34,013 nt of DNA from an uncultured Atribacterota bacterium (lineage in GTDB: Bacteria; Atribacterota; Phoenicimicrobiia; Phoenicimicrobiales; Phoenicimicrobiaceae), in assembly GCA_964632105.1 (NCBI GenBank), contig CAZWFH010000003.1:1-34013 (forward strand), in the 5' to 3' direction. This document shows, in pieces, positions 33,571-34,013 of the stretch; within the stretch, counting starts at the first letter, position 1, and each line of letters starts with the position of its first letter. Under the pieces are notes generated by a model. The model did not search any database. It was not told where the DNA came from and worked only from the letters and a program-made list of their open reading frames with translations. The translations under genes and the position numbers were made by a program.

Positions 33571-33598
33571 ATTATAGTAGAAGTATTCGAGGTTTAGT

Positions 33599-34013
33599 AT
33601 GACCAAAACAAACAGAAAAATTCAGGAAATCATAGGCAACTTACGATTAATATGGAAGGAACCCTTACTATTTATATCTATACTTGCAATATTCTATTTC
33701 TTATTGACTTTTGTGACGTTTCCCTTATTTCAGGTTTTCAAAAACAGTTTGATTATTAATAAACAGTTAGATTTTTCTAACTATTTAGCTATTTTCTCTA
33801 AAAGGTATTATTTTCAACCTTTCTTAAATAGTATGATTTTAGGCATATGTACAGCTACTATAGGAACTATCGTAGGATTTATTTTTGCTTATGCCCTTAC
33901 CAGAACTACTTTACCTTTTAAGAATTTCTTCCGATTGACCGCAATATTTCCCATTATTTCTCCTCCCTTTGTAGTTGCTCTGGCAGCTATTCTTCTTTTT
34001 GGAAGAGCGGGGA
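33599..34013 (+). CDS. ABC transporter permease (FbpB/ThiP-like), 5' part; continues beyond the window
   Basis: ATG 33599 follows GAGG, and the frame is open to the window end. The sequence is hydrophobic: ...LLFISILAIFYFLLTFVTFPLFQVF...ILGICTATIGTIVGFIFAYAL... It is not in the ORF track because no stop is reached. Confidence 0.65.
   Translation, partial: MTKTNRKIQEIIGNLRLIWKEPLLFISILAIFYFLLTFVTFPLFQVFKNSLIINKQLDFSNYLAIFSKRYYFQPFLNSMILGICTATIGTIVGFIFAYALTRTTLPFKNFFRLTAIFPIISPPFVVALAAILLFGRAG

Noticed and set aside
1-34013. A defence system, prophage, toxin-antitoxin or secondary-metabolite cluster.
   Set aside because: I recognised no nuclease/helicase/methylase/ATPase defence-type domains, no integrase, transposase or phage structural genes, and no small paired ORFs. 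All genes have plausible carbohydrate, redox or transport roles.

Overview
This is an AT-rich bacterial window (about mid-30s % GC by eye) in which every credible gene lies on the + strand. It is a pectin/hexuronate utilisation locus.

Gene order:
- A VOC-fold fragment and kdgK.
- A decayed IclR (kdgR-like) copy.
- A sugar ABC importer (SBP plus two permeases, no ATPase gene).
- A 1259-aa secreted multidomain PL9-like pectate lyase.
- A cytoplasmic GH28 polygalacturonase.
- Two Gfo/Idh/MocA oxidoreductases.
- A GH4 (LplD-like) glycosidase.
- An unassigned flavoenzyme set: an SdhA/FrdA-fold FAD protein, an OYE-type FMN/4Fe-4S protein and an SDR.
- An intact IclR regulator.
- A zone of gene relics.
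- An operon reading uxaC, uxaE-like, SDR mannonate-oxidoreductase-like, gnd, a four-helix-bundle ORF, larA-like, PFK-family and HAD.
- The start of an Fe3+/polyamine-type ABC importer.

Both SBP signal peptides lack a lipobox Cys. That fits a diderm anaerobe, but the taxon cannot be fixed from this window.

The most unusual DNA-level signal is in four consecutive intergenic spacers of the uxaC...HAD operon. They are filled with 7-nt-periodic tandem arrays that flank GC-rich hairpins. In one spacer the arrays flank a 23S-rRNA-IVS-type four-helix-bundle ORF, enclosed by a perfect 18-bp inverted repeat.

Other notable points:
- A probable mannonate/gluconate 2-epimerase (LarA homologue) route with no gluconokinase in the window.
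- A split enoate-reductase-like flavoenzyme pair.
- Five gene relics: kdgR copy, ybeY fragment, SBP tail, SDR stub and a deleted Gfo/Idh/MocA gene.
- Orphan extended Shine-Dalgarno elements in 5' leaders.

I saw no tRNA, rRNA, CRISPR, transposase, integrase or recognisable defence genes. All family calls come from motif recognition by eye; no searches or computations were run.
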